Shown here in pieces: positions 38,656 through 49,968 of a stretch of 64,000 nucleotides of DNA. Made by a program: the position numbers and the translations under genes. Source of the DNA: an uncultured Nitrososphaerota archaeon (GTDB lineage: Archaea; Korarchaeota; Korarchaeia; Korarchaeales; Korarchaeaceae); contig CAZUBM010000001.1 in the NCBI GenBank assembly GCA_964618805.1, forward strand, positions 64,001 to 128,000, in the 5' to 3' direction. The notes beneath the pieces are model-generated. The model was given only the letters and a program-made list of their open reading frames with translations. It searched no databases and was not told where the DNA came from. Positions within the stretch are counted from its first letter, which is position 1. Each line of letters opens with the position of its first letter.

Positions 38656-39238
38656 GAGGAGCTGGAAGGCCCTTCTGGGGCTAAGGAGGAGTTACGAGTT
38701 CACTTTGCTTGAAGGGTGGGCCATTTACCTCTATACCAAGACCATGAAGTCCGTTGACATCGACCTAATAATGGAAAGGGATCAGCTCTGGAGATTTTCT
38801 AGCGAGTATCCGCTGAAGAAGACGGAGTTCTTTAGAAAGTATGAGGCCAGAGTCGAAGGAGTTGCCGTAGACATCTACGTGCCGTATTATTCTAGGCTGG
38901 CGATCCCGCCTGAGGATGTAACTAAGATGACTTTGATTGTGGAGGGCTTCAAGGTTCCAGAGCCTGAAGTTCTCTTGATCCTTAAGCAGGACGTAGCCTC
39001 TTCTAGAATAGCTAGCGTAAAGGGAACAAAGGAAAGAGTTGATATCTTAGCCCTACTACTTAGGGCCGAGCTGGACTTCGACGAGTACAGGGATTTGTTA
39101 AAGAGGTACGGACTGTTGCAATTTAGGGAAGAGCTAAGAGATATTGTCTCAAGGGCCAGTAAGGAATTCTCATATCTGGGGATAGAGGATCCTAGAAGGA
39201 TAAAACCGCTTAAGAAGTCTTTTCTAAGCAAGATATGA
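38627..39238 (+). CDS. AbiEii-like nucleotidyltransferase (type IV TA toxin-like)
   Basis: LLEGWAIYLY..KSVDID (GG.A...D.D pattern), VDIY, LLILK, KERVDI. Confidence 0.7.
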   Translation: MEFWQNWATERSWKALLGLRRSYEFTLLEGWAIYLYTKTMKSVDIDLIMERDQLWRFSSEYPLKKTEFFRKYEARVEGVAVDIYVPYYSRLAIPPEDVTKMTLIVEGFKVPEPEVLLILKQDVASSRIASVKGTKERVDILALLLRAELDFDEYRDLLKRYGLLQFREELRDIVSRASKEFSYLGIEDPRRIKPLKKSFLSKI

Positions 39239-39420
39239 TCCTCTTTTTATCATTTGGCGTTGCTAACTTGACAAAATTCGGAAGACTCAGGCGTTGCCGC
39301 TTTCTAGAAGATAACGGTAATCGTTACCTTAGAACTAGTCCACATTGTTTAAGTGGAACTAACTGTCCAAAAAATGGGTATACTAAATTATTGAGTGGGA
39401 AAAATGCTTCGCAGACTGGC

Positions 39421-39715
39421 ATGAATGTCGTTGAAATGGACGACCGCGGCAGGGTTCTAATTCCAGCAGATTTGAGGCGTAAGCTGAAGAGCAGGCGCTT
39501 CCTCCTGATCTACAATTCCAAATTGATAAGGATGGTTGAATTTCAACGCCTGCCAAGGCCTTTCTGGAGGCTGATGAGATTCACGCGAATATGGTACTCT
39601 TTAGGTCTTGGACCCATTGTAGGGCGATGGATCCTCCTTTCGATAACTAAAGGACGCAAGCCTGGAAAGCCCACGTAGTACCTCTTCAGTACGAGGAGGA
39701 AGAAGATGTGATAAA
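39421..39715 (+). pseudogene. Chimeric remnant: AbrB N-terminus fused to an F420-dependent nitroreductase (Ddn/DUF385-like) fragment
   Basis: MNVVEMDDRGRVLIPADLRRKL, then YSLGLGPIVGRWILLSITKGRKPGKP and, in a shifted frame, VVPLQYEEEEDVI. Confidence 0.55.
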
Positions 39716-39773
39716 AAGTAGTACTCAATGAAAAAGAAATTTATCAGCTTTAATTATCCTCTTTCCTATCTTC

Positions 39774-40747
39774 TTGAGGGCAATGAGCTTCAAAGTTCTA
39801 ATCGCGGAACTCATCCATGAGGATGGAGTTGACATCCTTCGGAAGCAAGTTGAGGTTATTGAGCTCCCACCAGAGAGCACGATTGAGGATCTGAAGAGGG
39901 CAATCGTTGACGTAGATGCTCTAATATCAAGGGGCTTCATCAAAGTCACCAAAGAAGTTTTGAAAGCAGCCAAAAGGTTGAAAGTCATCGTGGTTCATGG
40001 TGTTGGAGTCGATCACATCGACCTTGAGGCAGCAAGAGAGCTGGGAATCAAAGTGATAAACACACCAGAGGCCCTGACAAACACTGTTGAGGAATTCACC
40101 GTTGGAATGATCTTCTCACTAATCAAGCGCATCCCTCAGGCAGATAAGGCTGTTAGAAGAGGAGAATGGCACAGAAAGTTCAGCAACCTCGTTGGGATTG
40201 ATCTTGCGGGCAAGACTGTTGGAATAATAGGCTTGGGAAGGATAGGTAGCGCTGTTGCAAGGATGTTGAAGCCATTCAACCCTAGGCTGGTCTACTATGA
40301 CCTAAGGAGGAGGTACGACCTTGAGGGGGAGTTGGGCATAGAGTTCAAACCGCTTCATGAACTTCTGAAGGAGTCAGACGTCATAAGCATACACGCCACC
40401 CTAACAAAGGATACTTACCACACATGATCTCCTACAGAGAGTTCGAACTCATGAAGGATGGTGTCTGCATCGTTAACACCGCTAGAGGAGCAATTATAGA
40501 GGAGAGAGCCCTCCTAAGCTATCTTAGGTCAGGTAAGGTGAGAGGAGCAGCCCTAGACGTTTTCGAAACTGAGCCATTGCCCGATGATAGCTCCCTTTTA
40601 GGTTTCAAAAACCTTATTCTAACCCCTCACTTGGCAGCAAGCAGTTCAGATGCCCTAAAGAGGTTAGCTGTTGATGCTGTGAAAAGAACTCTCGAGGGAC
40701 TAGGGATTTGTCATCAACGCACCCATAGAAGCCAAGACGATCGTTAG
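39774..40747 (+). pseudogene. D-isomer 2-hydroxyacid dehydrogenase (SerA/GyaR-like), split by a frameshift near 40424
   Basis: GVGVDHID, GIIGLGRIG, then VNTARG, ALDVFETEP, LTPHLA in the next frame; junction taccacacatgatc. Confidence 0.85.
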
Positions 40748-40916
40748 CACCCACGTCTTGGAATATTGAGCTTCTTGCATAGTAATCTCAACCTTTTTGC
40801 GCGCGCTTAATGACAACGAATATCTCTTATCGTTGATCTCTATGGCATTGCTCTTTCTTATGAAGAATAGATGCATGCCTTCAGCAACAGTGATCTTCAT
40901 TTCTTAATCTAGCCCT

Positions 40917-42098
40917 TTAGCGCGCTGAAAGCCTTGTTTGCGCAAAAATTGAGAAAATAAATGCTCCAATTCCAGAAAGAAGAAAAAGAGAAGGATATCC
41001 GACAGAGGAAATCAGAAATCCAGAGACAGCCTGGGAAAGAGTATTTCCGCCATGAAATCCAAGCATAAGAAGACCTATATCTGCCCCATAGCTTCGCTTC
41101 CCAGCTATTCTTGCGGTAACCATCTCATAAGCTGCAATTATTGCTCCAGTAGCTGATCCTAAGACTAAGATAAGTGGTAGAACACTACAGTCCTTTGCAA
41201 AACCAAAAACAAGGACACCTACAAAGGAGTAGATGCCGGACAAGAGAAGGAAATTCTTATAGTTGATCATTAAAGAGAGCAGGTAAAGTGTGATCCCTGA
41301 AGCCAATGATTGTAGGCTTAGAAGCATACCTATCCTTTCAATTGGGAGGTTCATGGATTTAAGGAAAAGCGGAACGACATATGACCTAACGATTCCCACA
41401 GAGAATCCAGGAACGCATAGTAGAGCAACGAATGCCAGAAAAATCGAGCCCTTTCCCCTGAGATCTATTGCTCTGAAGACATCCTTTATTTCAGGGCTTC
41501 TTCTTTTAACTGTCTCAGGCAAAATCAGGGAGAGGATCATCATTGCTGCGCTAAGGGGAAGAAGGACAAGTAATGAGGGTCTGTAGAGTATCTTGGCAAC
41601 AAGAAACCCAGCAAGAACATTGCCAATTGCTCCAAAAATTGCAGTAACTGCTCTCATATTAAAAAGAGACTTTGCACTTCCTCTCCTTTGTTCTAAAAAA
41701 TATGCTCTGTTAACAGCCCATATGCAAGCTGCCTGAACTGCGCCCAGCAATCTCCCAACTGCAAATCCTATTGGAGTCCTCGCAAGGTAATAGGTAAATA
41801 GGGAAAGGGCGCTTCCTACTCCATTGAGAAAATAGAATGGCTTTCTACCAACGAAATCTGAGAGAGCTCCTAGGAATAGCCTAGTAATCTGGAAAAGGAA
41901 CGGCTGTAGAGAGTAGACTATACCTACTTGTTGAATAGAGAGGCCTTCCTCTCTCATCAGGATGGGTAATATCGTTGAAAGTGCTCCACCTTGCACCATG
42001 TAAATCGACTGGATTGTAAGAGCTTCAAATTCTCCCTTCCTACCATCACTCCTTTCCCGCTTTGGACTAAGTTCAACTGGTATATCAGCCACTAACAT
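40917..42098 (-). CDS. MFS transporter
   Basis: LGALSDFVGRK motif A; 12 TMs. Confidence 0.88.
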   Translation of the reverse strand: MLVADIPVELSPKRERSDGRKGEFEALTIQSIYMVQGGALSTILPILMREEGLSIQQVGIVYSLQPFLFQITRLFLGALSDFVGRKPFYFLNGVGSALSLFTYYLARTPIGFAVGRLLGAVQAACIWAVNRAYFLEQRRGSAKSLFNMRAVTAIFGAIGNVLAGFLVAKILYRPSLLVLLPLSAAMMILSLILPETVKRRSPEIKDVFRAIDLRGKGSIFLAFVALLCVPGFSVGIVRSYVVPLFLKSMNLPIERIGMLLSLQSLASGITLYLLSLMINYKNFLLLSGIYSFVGVLVFGFAKDCSVLPLILVLGSATGAIIAAYEMVTARIAGKRSYGADIGLLMLGFHGGNTLSQAVSGFLISSVGYPSLFLLSGIGAFIFSIFAQTRLSAR

Positions 42099-42628
42099 AG
42101 AATTCTGCCTTAGAACTTAAAATACCTTCTTAGTGACTTCTTATCAGAATCCTTTTCATTTTCCTATTTTGATCGGCTTTAACCCTAAAAGCTTAGATGT
42201 AAGGATTCCTAATCAGAAGTTCGTGTGTGTGAGCAGATGGGAAGAGTGCTGTTCTCACTCAGGCAGGCTTTTACATCTCAGGGATCGATGTAGTCTCTCT
42301 GGAAGAGAAGAATAGGGGCCATTGAACTCAAGTTCTTGATAAGGAGAAGAGGGGGAAAGGAGCTCGTTGAGGGCATTGCCTTAAGCCCAGCTGAAAGGCC
42401 ATCTCAGCCTTCATGATCTATGCAGGCTTACTCCTTCTTAACATCTCCATGATATTCATATGGTAAGGAAGATGTCAAGGTGAATCCAGCGTTCTAGGAG
42501 AAGTGTCTATCTCTCATTTATTTGATTCATGATGGCTTTGCTATCAGATATTCGTCAAGTTCACTGCATCTCCAAGATAATGCTGGGATTTCTGGCCAAT
42601 ACGGGCTGGTAGTCTCGACAAAAATGGT

Positions 42629-43684
42629 CTAGCTCACTGAAATCTCCTTAACAAACTCTCTCACCAGCGAAATCGTATTTCTAAGGTCATCTACATGCGT
42701 GATTGCAGCAGGTCCATGGATGTACCTACAAGGAACAGCTACTGTTCCGCTGGGCACTCCAGCCTTCGTCAGATGGATGGCACCAGCATCTGTACCTCCC
42801 GAAGGGACCTTCTTAAACTGGAAGGGTATTGACTTCTCCCTCCCTATCCTGATGAGGGTCTTCAGAACCTTCGGGTGGGTTATAGTAGTCCTGTCAACAA
42901 TGGTCACAACAGGACCAGCCTTGAGCTTTGCAGACATCCTGTGGGGCTTAGTCCCAGGCACATCTGCGGCAAAAGTTCCTTCCAAGGCAAGGGCATAGTC
43001 TGGCTCAACCTGCCAAGCTGCTGTCCTCGCTCCTCTAAGGCCAACCTCTTCCTGCACCGTTCCTACAGCCACAAGATTGTAAGGGGAGTCCTTTAACGCT
43101 TTGAAGACTTCAGCAAGCACGGTACAACCAGCTCTGTCGTCGAAAGCCTTTCCCATGATGTAACCTCCTCCAAGGTCCGCAAACCTAGCGTCGAAAACCC
43201 CAGTTGTCCCTATCTCAACTCCCTTTTCTAAGACCTCCTCCGCACTTCCTGCACCAATGTCTATGAAGAGCTCCTCTATAGGCAGTACCTTCTTCCTTTC
43301 CTCTTCCTTCATTAGGTGAGGCGGCTTTGTCCCTATTATACCCTTAACGAAGCCCCTTTCTCCCTTAAGAAGGATCCTCTGTCCTGGCATTATGTTGGTA
43401 GTTATGCCTCCTAGCGTGTGGAAGCGGAGGAACCCTTCATCCTCTATGAAGGTAATTAGGAAGCCTACTTCATCCATGTGAGCTGCAAGCATCACCTTTG
43501 GGTAGCTGTCCTTCCCATGATGGTAGAAGAAAATGTTTCCTAGCTTGTCAACCTTAACCTCATCTGCTTTCTCCTCCAACTCCTCTCTCAGAACGTTGCG
43601 TACTTCCTCCTCATTCCCAGGAGGACCAAACGCATTTGAAAGCCTCTCCAAAAGCCTAATTTCCTCAGACAAATCGGTCACCAA
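42629..43684 (-). CDS. M42-family (TET) aminopeptidase
   Basis: DKLGN, AAHMDEVG, GKAFDDR, VQEEVGLRGA, GGTDAG, PCRYIH. Confidence 0.95.
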   Translation of the reverse strand: MVTDLSEEIRLLERLSNAFGPPGNEEEVRNVLREELEEKADEVKVDKLGNIFFYHHGKDSYPKVMLAAHMDEVGFLITFIEDEGFLRFHTLGGITTNIMPGQRILLKGERGFVKGIIGTKPPHLMKEEERKKVLPIEELFIDIGAGSAEEVLEKGVEIGTTGVFDARFADLGGGYIMGKAFDDRAGCTVLAEVFKALKDSPYNLVAVGTVQEEVGLRGARTAAWQVEPDYALALEGTFAADVPGTKPHRMSAKLKAGPVVTIVDRTTITHPKVLKTLIRIGREKSIPFQFKKVPSGGTDAGAIHLTKAGVPSGTVAVPCRYIHGPAAITHVDDLRNTISLVREFVKEISVS

Positions 43685-44412
43685 TCCAGTTATCGACTGA
43701 TTTCGCTATATACTTTTCCAAACCTCCTTTAAGGTCCTTAATGCCATTTGCATTTAGTCAAAACGCAGAGGATCTAATGACCGATCGCCTTAAGCATGTC
43801 TATATGTGAAAGGGTGCAGGGGGGGTAATCGTGGTAATACATCGTTACGGGCCATCATGTTGGAATTCTAACCCCTAATTACAAGGAAAAGAATTATTTT
43901 CCACCTAATCTGGAAGTTTGAAGTTAACTATAGAAAAACAATGAAATAACAAGCTATCACTAAATTTCGATATCTCTAGGTGCTCATTTTCTATATTTCA
44001 GGAGATGCTTTCTTTTGGCTTGAAAAGGAGAAATTGGGATTGTAACATGAAACAAAAAGCAAATTCCAAGCAAATGTTCATGAAAACTGTAAAAATTAAT
44101 TTAAAGAGCTAACAAATGGCTTTTAGCGGACTTTAAAGTGAGCTGGTAAAAGCACCGAAAATTTCACCCATTAGATGAAATCAAGCCCTCCTTTGGAAGA
44201 TACTTTTCCAAGAAAATGCATCGCTAGCTACGATGAACTCGAGCATGTAGTATGGGTCACGAAATAGCCTTTTCCATTCTCTCTGCGTTTTCATCGTAGT
44301 ACCTCCTAACCGAATCGATCAAACCGAGATCCCTTGACGAATTAATGATTCTACATTTTAACATTCGTCTGCAAGCTATGTTTGATAAAAGCTCCTTTTT
44401 CTAGCCTCAAAG

Positions 44413-45063
44413 GTGCCTGACTTAGACTCGTTAAGCTTAATAAAAGATCAAAACGATGCCTTTAGGGTGCCTATAGACAAGCTAGAGAGAATTTTGGCGG
44501 AGAAATTCCCCGACGAAGCAGGCTCTTCTTTAGCAAAAGCCTTGTCTTTGGCCCTAGAAAAAGGAAGAATCTCTTACGAAGAGATTGAGTCCATAGGGTG
44601 TTCCTTAGAGGACCTTCTCCTGGCTTTCAAAGAAAGGCTTTTGATCCCAACAAGGACATCCCAGGCTTCTAGAACTCTTGCATGGGAGGACAGGATACTG
44701 GCACCTAAGAAGGGAGAAACTTACGAAATGCCTAACGTGATAAGGTATTTGTTAAGTCATGTGGAGAAAACAGGAAAATGGGATCCAGCTCAGGCCGTTA
44801 AAAAGTATTTTGAGAAAATGGGCGATCCTGAAGCTGATAAAATGATTAAACTCTTCTTAGAACTGAAAAAGAGGCTGATAAGCTCAAGAAATAACAAAAT
44901 AAAGCCTGAAGATCTCAAGGAAATTTCAAGCAAACTTGAGCTGAACTTAGACATAGGTTCAACGATTGCAAAGCTGAAAGGAGCTGGCATAATAAGCCCT
45001 TGCCTACGTGGCTTCATGAAATACGGCATTAGGTACGAGGTGAACCCCTCGCTATTGAAATGA
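44413..45063 (+). CDS. Hypothetical protein
   Basis: 216-aa ORF with coding-like bias; LAWEDR, YEMPNV, LKGAGIISP, YEVNPSL. Confidence 0.7.
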   Translation: MPDLDSLSLIKDQNDAFRVPIDKLERILAEKFPDEAGSSLAKALSLALEKGRISYEEIESIGCSLEDLLLAFKERLLIPTRTSQASRTLAWEDRILAPKKGETYEMPNVIRYLLSHVEKTGKWDPAQAVKKYFEKMGDPEADKMIKLFLELKKRLISSRNNKIKPEDLKEISSKLELNLDIGSTIAKLKGAGIISPCLRGFMKYGIRYEVNPSLLK

Positions 45064-45086
45064 GTAGGCTAGCTACATAAAAAGGC

Positions 45087-45582
45087 TTAGAATGACTTTA
45101 TCCTTTCTATGTTCCTCTTCCTAGTCTCCTTAAGATCAGCACCGCATTTCCCGCAATTCTTAGAGAAGAAATCAACTGGACTGCCGCATTCAGGGCACTT
45201 CCACATGGATTCCTGCTCCTCAAGCCACACTTGCTCTCCTATCTCCTTAAGCCTCATTAGATTGTAATACGGTACTTCTTCGTATCTTCCGTCTAACTCC
45301 TTCCAGAGTCACATTCAGTGAGACTTGGACATTGATAACAGTAATTGTATCCTTTAGAGTCCAAACACTTCTGTATCTTACATCTCTCGCTTCCATCATG
45401 ATTATTTCCGAAAGACCAATCTCCAAGCTCAGGGTTCTGGCATCCATTACATCTGACAAGGTTTGGAGGGCAATTAAAGCGCTCTGCCACCATTCTTGCC
45501 CTTTCTAAGTCTTCATCCTTGAATATCCTGTGTATCACGCAAGCTCCACACTAAATACGCACCTTCCGAGGAGCTTGCTCAT
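45087..45582 (-). pseudogene. DUF3795-like Cys-rich protein with frameshifts
   Basis: C...CGAC, CNGC, C.IQKC...KG..YCYQC, then in another frame NL.RLKEIG..WLEEQ...WKCPECG...CGKCG. Confidence 0.7.
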
Positions 45583-45586
45583 GAGC

Positions 45587-45967
45587 TTATTTCTCCTCTT
45601 CCTCTTCTATCTCAGTGTATAAGCCTAGAAGATTTCCATCTGGATCTGTAAAGAGGGCAAACCAGCTTTTTCCTTCCTCAACTGGAATCTTTTCCTGAAC
45701 GACGCTCCCTCCTAACTCCTTTATCCTCTCTAAAACCGCATCTATGTCATCAACATATATATAAGGGATGATGCCCAACTCAGCCTCTTCCTCTACCTTC
45801 ATTAGACCCCCTCCGGGGGGATTTGGAGTGGTTATAAGAGCATATTCAACCTCAGGGTGAAGCTCGATTTCCCACCCAAAAAGTTCTGAGTAGAACTTCC
45901 TCGCCTTCTCCAGGTCCTTAACTGGGATCTCTATATGGCAAAAGCTATTCCTCAAATCGAAAAGCAA
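45587..45967 (-). CDS. VOC/glyoxalase-family protein
   Basis: HIEIPVKDLEKARKFYSELFGW, YIYVDDID, FTDPDGNLLGL. Confidence 0.92.
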   Translation of the reverse strand: MLFDLRNSFCHIEIPVKDLEKARKFYSELFGWEIELHPEVEYALITTPNPPGGGLMKVEEEAELGIIPYIYVDDIDAVLERIKELGGSVVQEKIPVEEGKSWFALFTDPDGNLLGLYTEIEEEEEK

Positions 45968-46214
45968 TACATCACCTCCTCTTATTTTTTAGATTAGAAT
46001 TTAAATTATTACATTTTAATTCGAACTAATGAAAGAGTTCTTCCCCTAACCTTAGCAAATGAGTAAGCGTGATTATCCAATAGATAGATTATTCAGGTAG
46101 GCATTTGGTTGATTACACTGCGTTCTCTCTCTTTCAAAGGAGATGTGACGGACTATAGACGGATAGGTGGATATACCGTTGAGATAATTTTATCCATATT
46201 CCTGCCTAGCCGAC

Positions 46215-46778
46215 TTGGTGAATGAACAAGTGAAGATATTTGCTTTCTCAGGTAGTCCTAGAAAAGGTGGAAACACGGATATTCTTACTAAGATCTTCAT
46301 AGAGTATGTGAATAATATGGGAGCTGAAGCCGAACTTGTGAGAATATGCGATTATCAAATAAGTCCATGCGCTAGCTGTCGTCTATGTGTTGATGCTGGG
46401 AAATGCGTATTAGAGGATGGAATGGGAGAGTTATACCCTAAGCTATTAGAAGCGGACGGTATATTGATAGCTTCTCCAGTATACTTTAACAACGTGTCTG
46501 CTCAAACTAAGGCTTTCATGGATAGAACTTGGTGCTTAAGGGGCAAATTGAAGTGGAAAGTTGGAGGAGCAATTGTTGTAGGCAGAAGATATGGCCATGA
46601 ATTAGCTTTGAACGCTATACACTCCTTTTTCCTTAAGCATGAGATGATACTAGCATATAGAGGGGTTGTGTCCTTTGCCTTCGATAAGGGAGAAGCCTTA
46701 AATGACAAGAAGGCAATTGAATGTACCAGATACCTTGCCAGATCCATGGTTGAGCTGATAAGAAAATTAAAAACATGA
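46215..46778 (+). CDS. Iron-sulfur flavoprotein (multimeric flavodoxin family)
   Basis: GSPRKGGNT, CASCRLC..C, ASPVYF, KAFMDR. Confidence 0.9.
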   Translation: MVNEQVKIFAFSGSPRKGGNTDILTKIFIEYVNNMGAEAELVRICDYQISPCASCRLCVDAGKCVLEDGMGELYPKLLEADGILIASPVYFNNVSAQTKAFMDRTWCLRGKLKWKVGGAIVVGRRYGHELALNAIHSFFLKHEMILAYRGVVSFAFDKGEALNDKKAIECTRYLARSMVELIRKLKT

Positions 46779-46948
46779 ATTTGAAATAATTAGACTTACT
46801 TCCTCTTTTAGAACATTCAACTTCTTGAAATGGCACGTTGAACTCGGTTTTTAATGATCGAGGGCCCGAAAACAAGGTAAATCTTAAAGTCAACACTTCG
46901 ACAGCTTTTTATAAGAAGCTAAGATCTAATTGCTGGTGATCTTGCCAT

Positions 46949-47803
46949 ATGGAAGCAAAAAAAGCTAAGCCGACCCTTCCTCCTGCTGTTAGGAAGCCTC
47001 CTACGAGAGAAGAAATCATGGAGAAAATAAGAGAGAGTCTTAAGGGAATAAAACACAAGATAATTGTCCTAAGTGGGAAAGGAGGGGTTGGGAAGTCTGC
47101 AGTGACAGCAAACCTGGCTGCTGTGCTTGCAAAAGAGGGTCACTCTGTTGGGGTATTTGATTACGACTTCCACGGTCCAGCAATGGCAAGGATGCTTGGA
47201 GTTCTTGGAGAAAGCCCTTCTGCCCTTCCCTTTGGAATTTTCCCCGTGACTGGCGTACTAGGAATAAAGGTTTTCTCATTAGCATTTTTGTTGCCGGATG
47301 AAAGGACGCCGGTTATATGGAGAGGTCCTCTCAAGGCTAAAGCCCTTCAGGAACTCATGACTAACATAATATGGGGCAAATTGGATTTCCTCCTATTCGA
47401 TCTCCCACCAGGAACTGGAGATGAAGCCCTTAACATAGCTCAAAACATACCTGATGTTAAAGGAGCCATTGTCGTAACCATACCAACCGTTGTTTCAGCA
47501 GTTGCTGTGGAGAAATCGGTTGAATTCTGCAAAAAGCTCAAGATACCACTTTTAGGGGTCATAGAAAATATGAGCTACTTTAGATGTCCATATTGCGGTC
47601 AGGTAACGGAAGTATTTGGTAAAGGAGCCGGAAAGAGGATAGCCGAAGATGAAAGCATTCGTTTACTTGGAAAAATCCCTCTAGACCCCGAGATGGCTAG
47701 ATGTCTGGACAAGGGATCTCCTATGATAGTCTGTAAGCCTGATTCGGAATCAACAAAATCATTTGAGGCAGTAGCTAAATCCTTACTTCAATTGCTTTCC
47801 TGA
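46949..47803 (+). CDS. apbC: Mrp/ApbC/Nbp35 Fe-S carrier ATPase
   Basis: SGKGGVGKS, VIWRGP, DLPPGTGD, IENMSYFRCPYCG. Confidence 0.93.
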   Translation: MEAKKAKPTLPPAVRKPPTREEIMEKIRESLKGIKHKIIVLSGKGGVGKSAVTANLAAVLAKEGHSVGVFDYDFHGPAMARMLGVLGESPSALPFGIFPVTGVLGIKVFSLAFLLPDERTPVIWRGPLKAKALQELMTNIIWGKLDFLLFDLPPGTGDEALNIAQNIPDVKGAIVVTIPTVVSAVAVEKSVEFCKKLKIPLLGVIENMSYFRCPYCGQVTEVFGKGAGKRIAEDESIRLLGKIPLDPEMARCLDKGSPMIVCKPDSESTKSFEAVAKSLLQLLS

Positions 47804-48522
47804 GCTTAGGTTAGATCTTAATTAAAAGTAAGGGCTCAAATTCACATGGACAGGAGTTAAATCGCTAGATTTCATAAAGCGAGAGATTTGAAGCATCTTA
47901 GAAAGCTTCTTTTTGATCTCTATTTTTATTTAGCTTCAAAAACCCCTTACGATAATTTCACTCACTACTTCGACATATCCGCTAGGGGAGATCTTCGTGC
48001 AATCAGCAAAGATAAGGTAACAGAAAAGTGCTCCGAAGAAGGTCCTAAAAACAACTTCAGAGCATTCCCTTGGGCACCCCTAGTTTGATTATCATCTCTC
48101 CTCCAGTCTCAAAAGGTTATCACAAAGTTGTCCGCACGGCTTCCCTATGGAAGGTATTCTGTCTTTTGAAGCTATTGCATGAAGAAAGATAGTATTTCGA
48201 AGCGATTTGAAAAGTTCCTCTATGCTTCCATGTTCCTTTAGAAATTCATCTATCATAAGCTTATGTGGAAATACAATAAAAGTCGTCTCTTTTATTCTCT
48301 TCTTTGCCATTAAAATACCAGTAGATTAGGCTTTTTGAAATCCCCACCCTTCTAACTATCTCTTCTATTTTTGCGTAATCGAATCCCTTCTTCGCTAATA
48401 TTTCTACAGCTGATTTTGGTCTTTTCTCTCCTATTGAGATTTCTTCCCACGATTTATGGTCAATTGCGTGTGACTGATAAGATTTAATTTGGCTGATAGG
48501 TCGATTAGCAAAAGGAGGGGGG

Positions 48523-49968
48523 ATGTCTCATAAGCTAGATGAAAAGAAAAGCATCAATTTTGGGATTCCCGATCTTATTGCATCCCTTAGAAATGTACTA
48601 GGGAATAGGTTTCTTAGATATTTTCTAAGAAATATAGGTCAGAAAGAGCTAGAATGGATTTTAGGAGTTTATTCAGGCTTATACAAGCCAAGAAATTATA
48701 AGGAAGAATTTCTCCTAGATGTAATATCTAAGACGCTTTCAAAAGTCTTACCTAAGTTTGGTGTTAAAGAGGAAGCCCTTAAGTGTGCCCTTAAGGATGG
48801 TTACATGAGAAAAGGGGTCGCAAACATACTAATGGGCATAGCTGAGAATGGGATCACAAGGCCCCAAATGCTTCATGCTCCTTTCATGGTGGTATGGGAT
48901 TTCACGAGACAATGCAACCTTAGATGTAAGCACTGTTATGCAGATGCAAGTCCCGAACCAGCACCAGATGAATTAAGTCTAAAGGAAAAGCTTGAGGTCC
49001 TAAGACAGTTAGATGAGGCCGGGGTAGCAGCTATCTCCTTTTCAGGAGGAGAGCCGCTTATTAACAAGGACTTCTGGATTGTTGCTAAGAAAGCAGCAGA
49101 ATTGGGCTTTTATGTGAGTGTGGCTACAAATGGAACCCTTTTAACCCCAACAGTTGCTCTAAAGCTGAAGAAAATTGGAGTGAGATATGTGGAGATAAGC
49201 CTGGATTCATCTAGGCCTGAAGAGCATGATGAGTTCAGGGGATTGCCTGGCGCATGGAGAAGAGCAGTTGAAGGCATAATAAACTCTAAGAACGCTGGAT
49301 TAAGTGTTGGGATAGCTACTACTGTCACAAAAATCAATTATAAGAGGATTCCAGAGCTAATATCACTTGCTAGGAAATTAAAAGTAGAAAAATTCATTGC
49401 GTTCAACTTCATTCCTACGGGAAGGGGAAAAGAAATCATGGAATTGGATCTCTCTCCAGAAGAAAGGGAAAAGCTTCTGAATTACCTGTATAAAGAACTC
49501 ATTTCTGGAGATCTCCAAGTATTTTCGACAGCTCCCATGTACGCAGTGGTGTCCGTGAAACATGCAAGGGAGGAGAAGAAAATAACTCCCACTCACTTTG
49601 CAGAACTTTCAATTCCAGAGGAGTACATTCCAGCTGGACTTGCCTTAGCAGAATTTCTAGGAGGGTGTGGGGCAGGAAGAATTTACTGTTCAATTGAGCA
49701 AAATGGAGACATACAGCCCTGCGTTTTCCTTCCAATCAGGGTAGGGAACGTGATAAAAGATGGTTTCATGAATGTTTGGAAGAATAGTCCGATCATGAAG
49801 AAGCTTAGAGATAGGGACAACTATGGCTGTACTTTCTGCCAGTACAAGTACATATGCGGGGGATGTAGAGCAAGAGCCTATGCTTATTATGGCGACATAG
49901 CGGCCCCCGATCCAAGCTGTTCCTTTAACGAGGTACTTTGGAAGAGGATTCTAGTAAATGCAAGGTAA
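48523..49968 (+). CDS. Radical SAM/SPASM protein (NirJ/PqqE-like superfamily)
   Basis: CNLRCKHC, FSGGEP, GCGAGR..I..NGD.QPC, C..C....ICGGCRARA...DP.C. Confidence 0.9.
   Translation: MSHKLDEKKSINFGIPDLIASLRNVLGNRFLRYFLRNIGQKELEWILGVYSGLYKPRNYKEEFLLDVISKTLSKVLPKFGVKEEALKCALKDGYMRKGVANILMGIAENGITRPQMLHAPFMVVWDFTRQCNLRCKHCYADASPEPAPDELSLKEKLEVLRQLDEAGVAAISFSGGEPLINKDFWIVAKKAAELGFYVSVATNGTLLTPTVALKLKKIGVRYVEISLDSSRPEEHDEFRGLPGAWRRAVEGIINSKNAGLSVGIATTVTKINYKRIPELISLARKLKVEKFIAFNFIPTGRGKEIMELDLSPEEREKLLNYLYKELISGDLQVFSTAPMYAVVSVKHAREEKKITPTHFAELSIPEEYIPAGLALAEFLGGCGAGRIYCSIEQNGDIQPCVFLPIRVGNVIKDGFMNVWKNSPIMKKLRDRDNYGCTFCQYKYICGGCRARAYAYYGDIAAPDPSCSFNEVLWKRILVNAR

Noticed and set aside
47888-48470. 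Short ORFs between apbC and the rSAM
   Set aside because: Probably fragments of a decayed gene, but I could not recognise a family, so they are not called.
48523-49968. Assigning this rSAM as AhbC/AhbD or PqqE
   Set aside because: The motifs are generic SPASM, and there are no heme or PQQ pathway genes adjacent.
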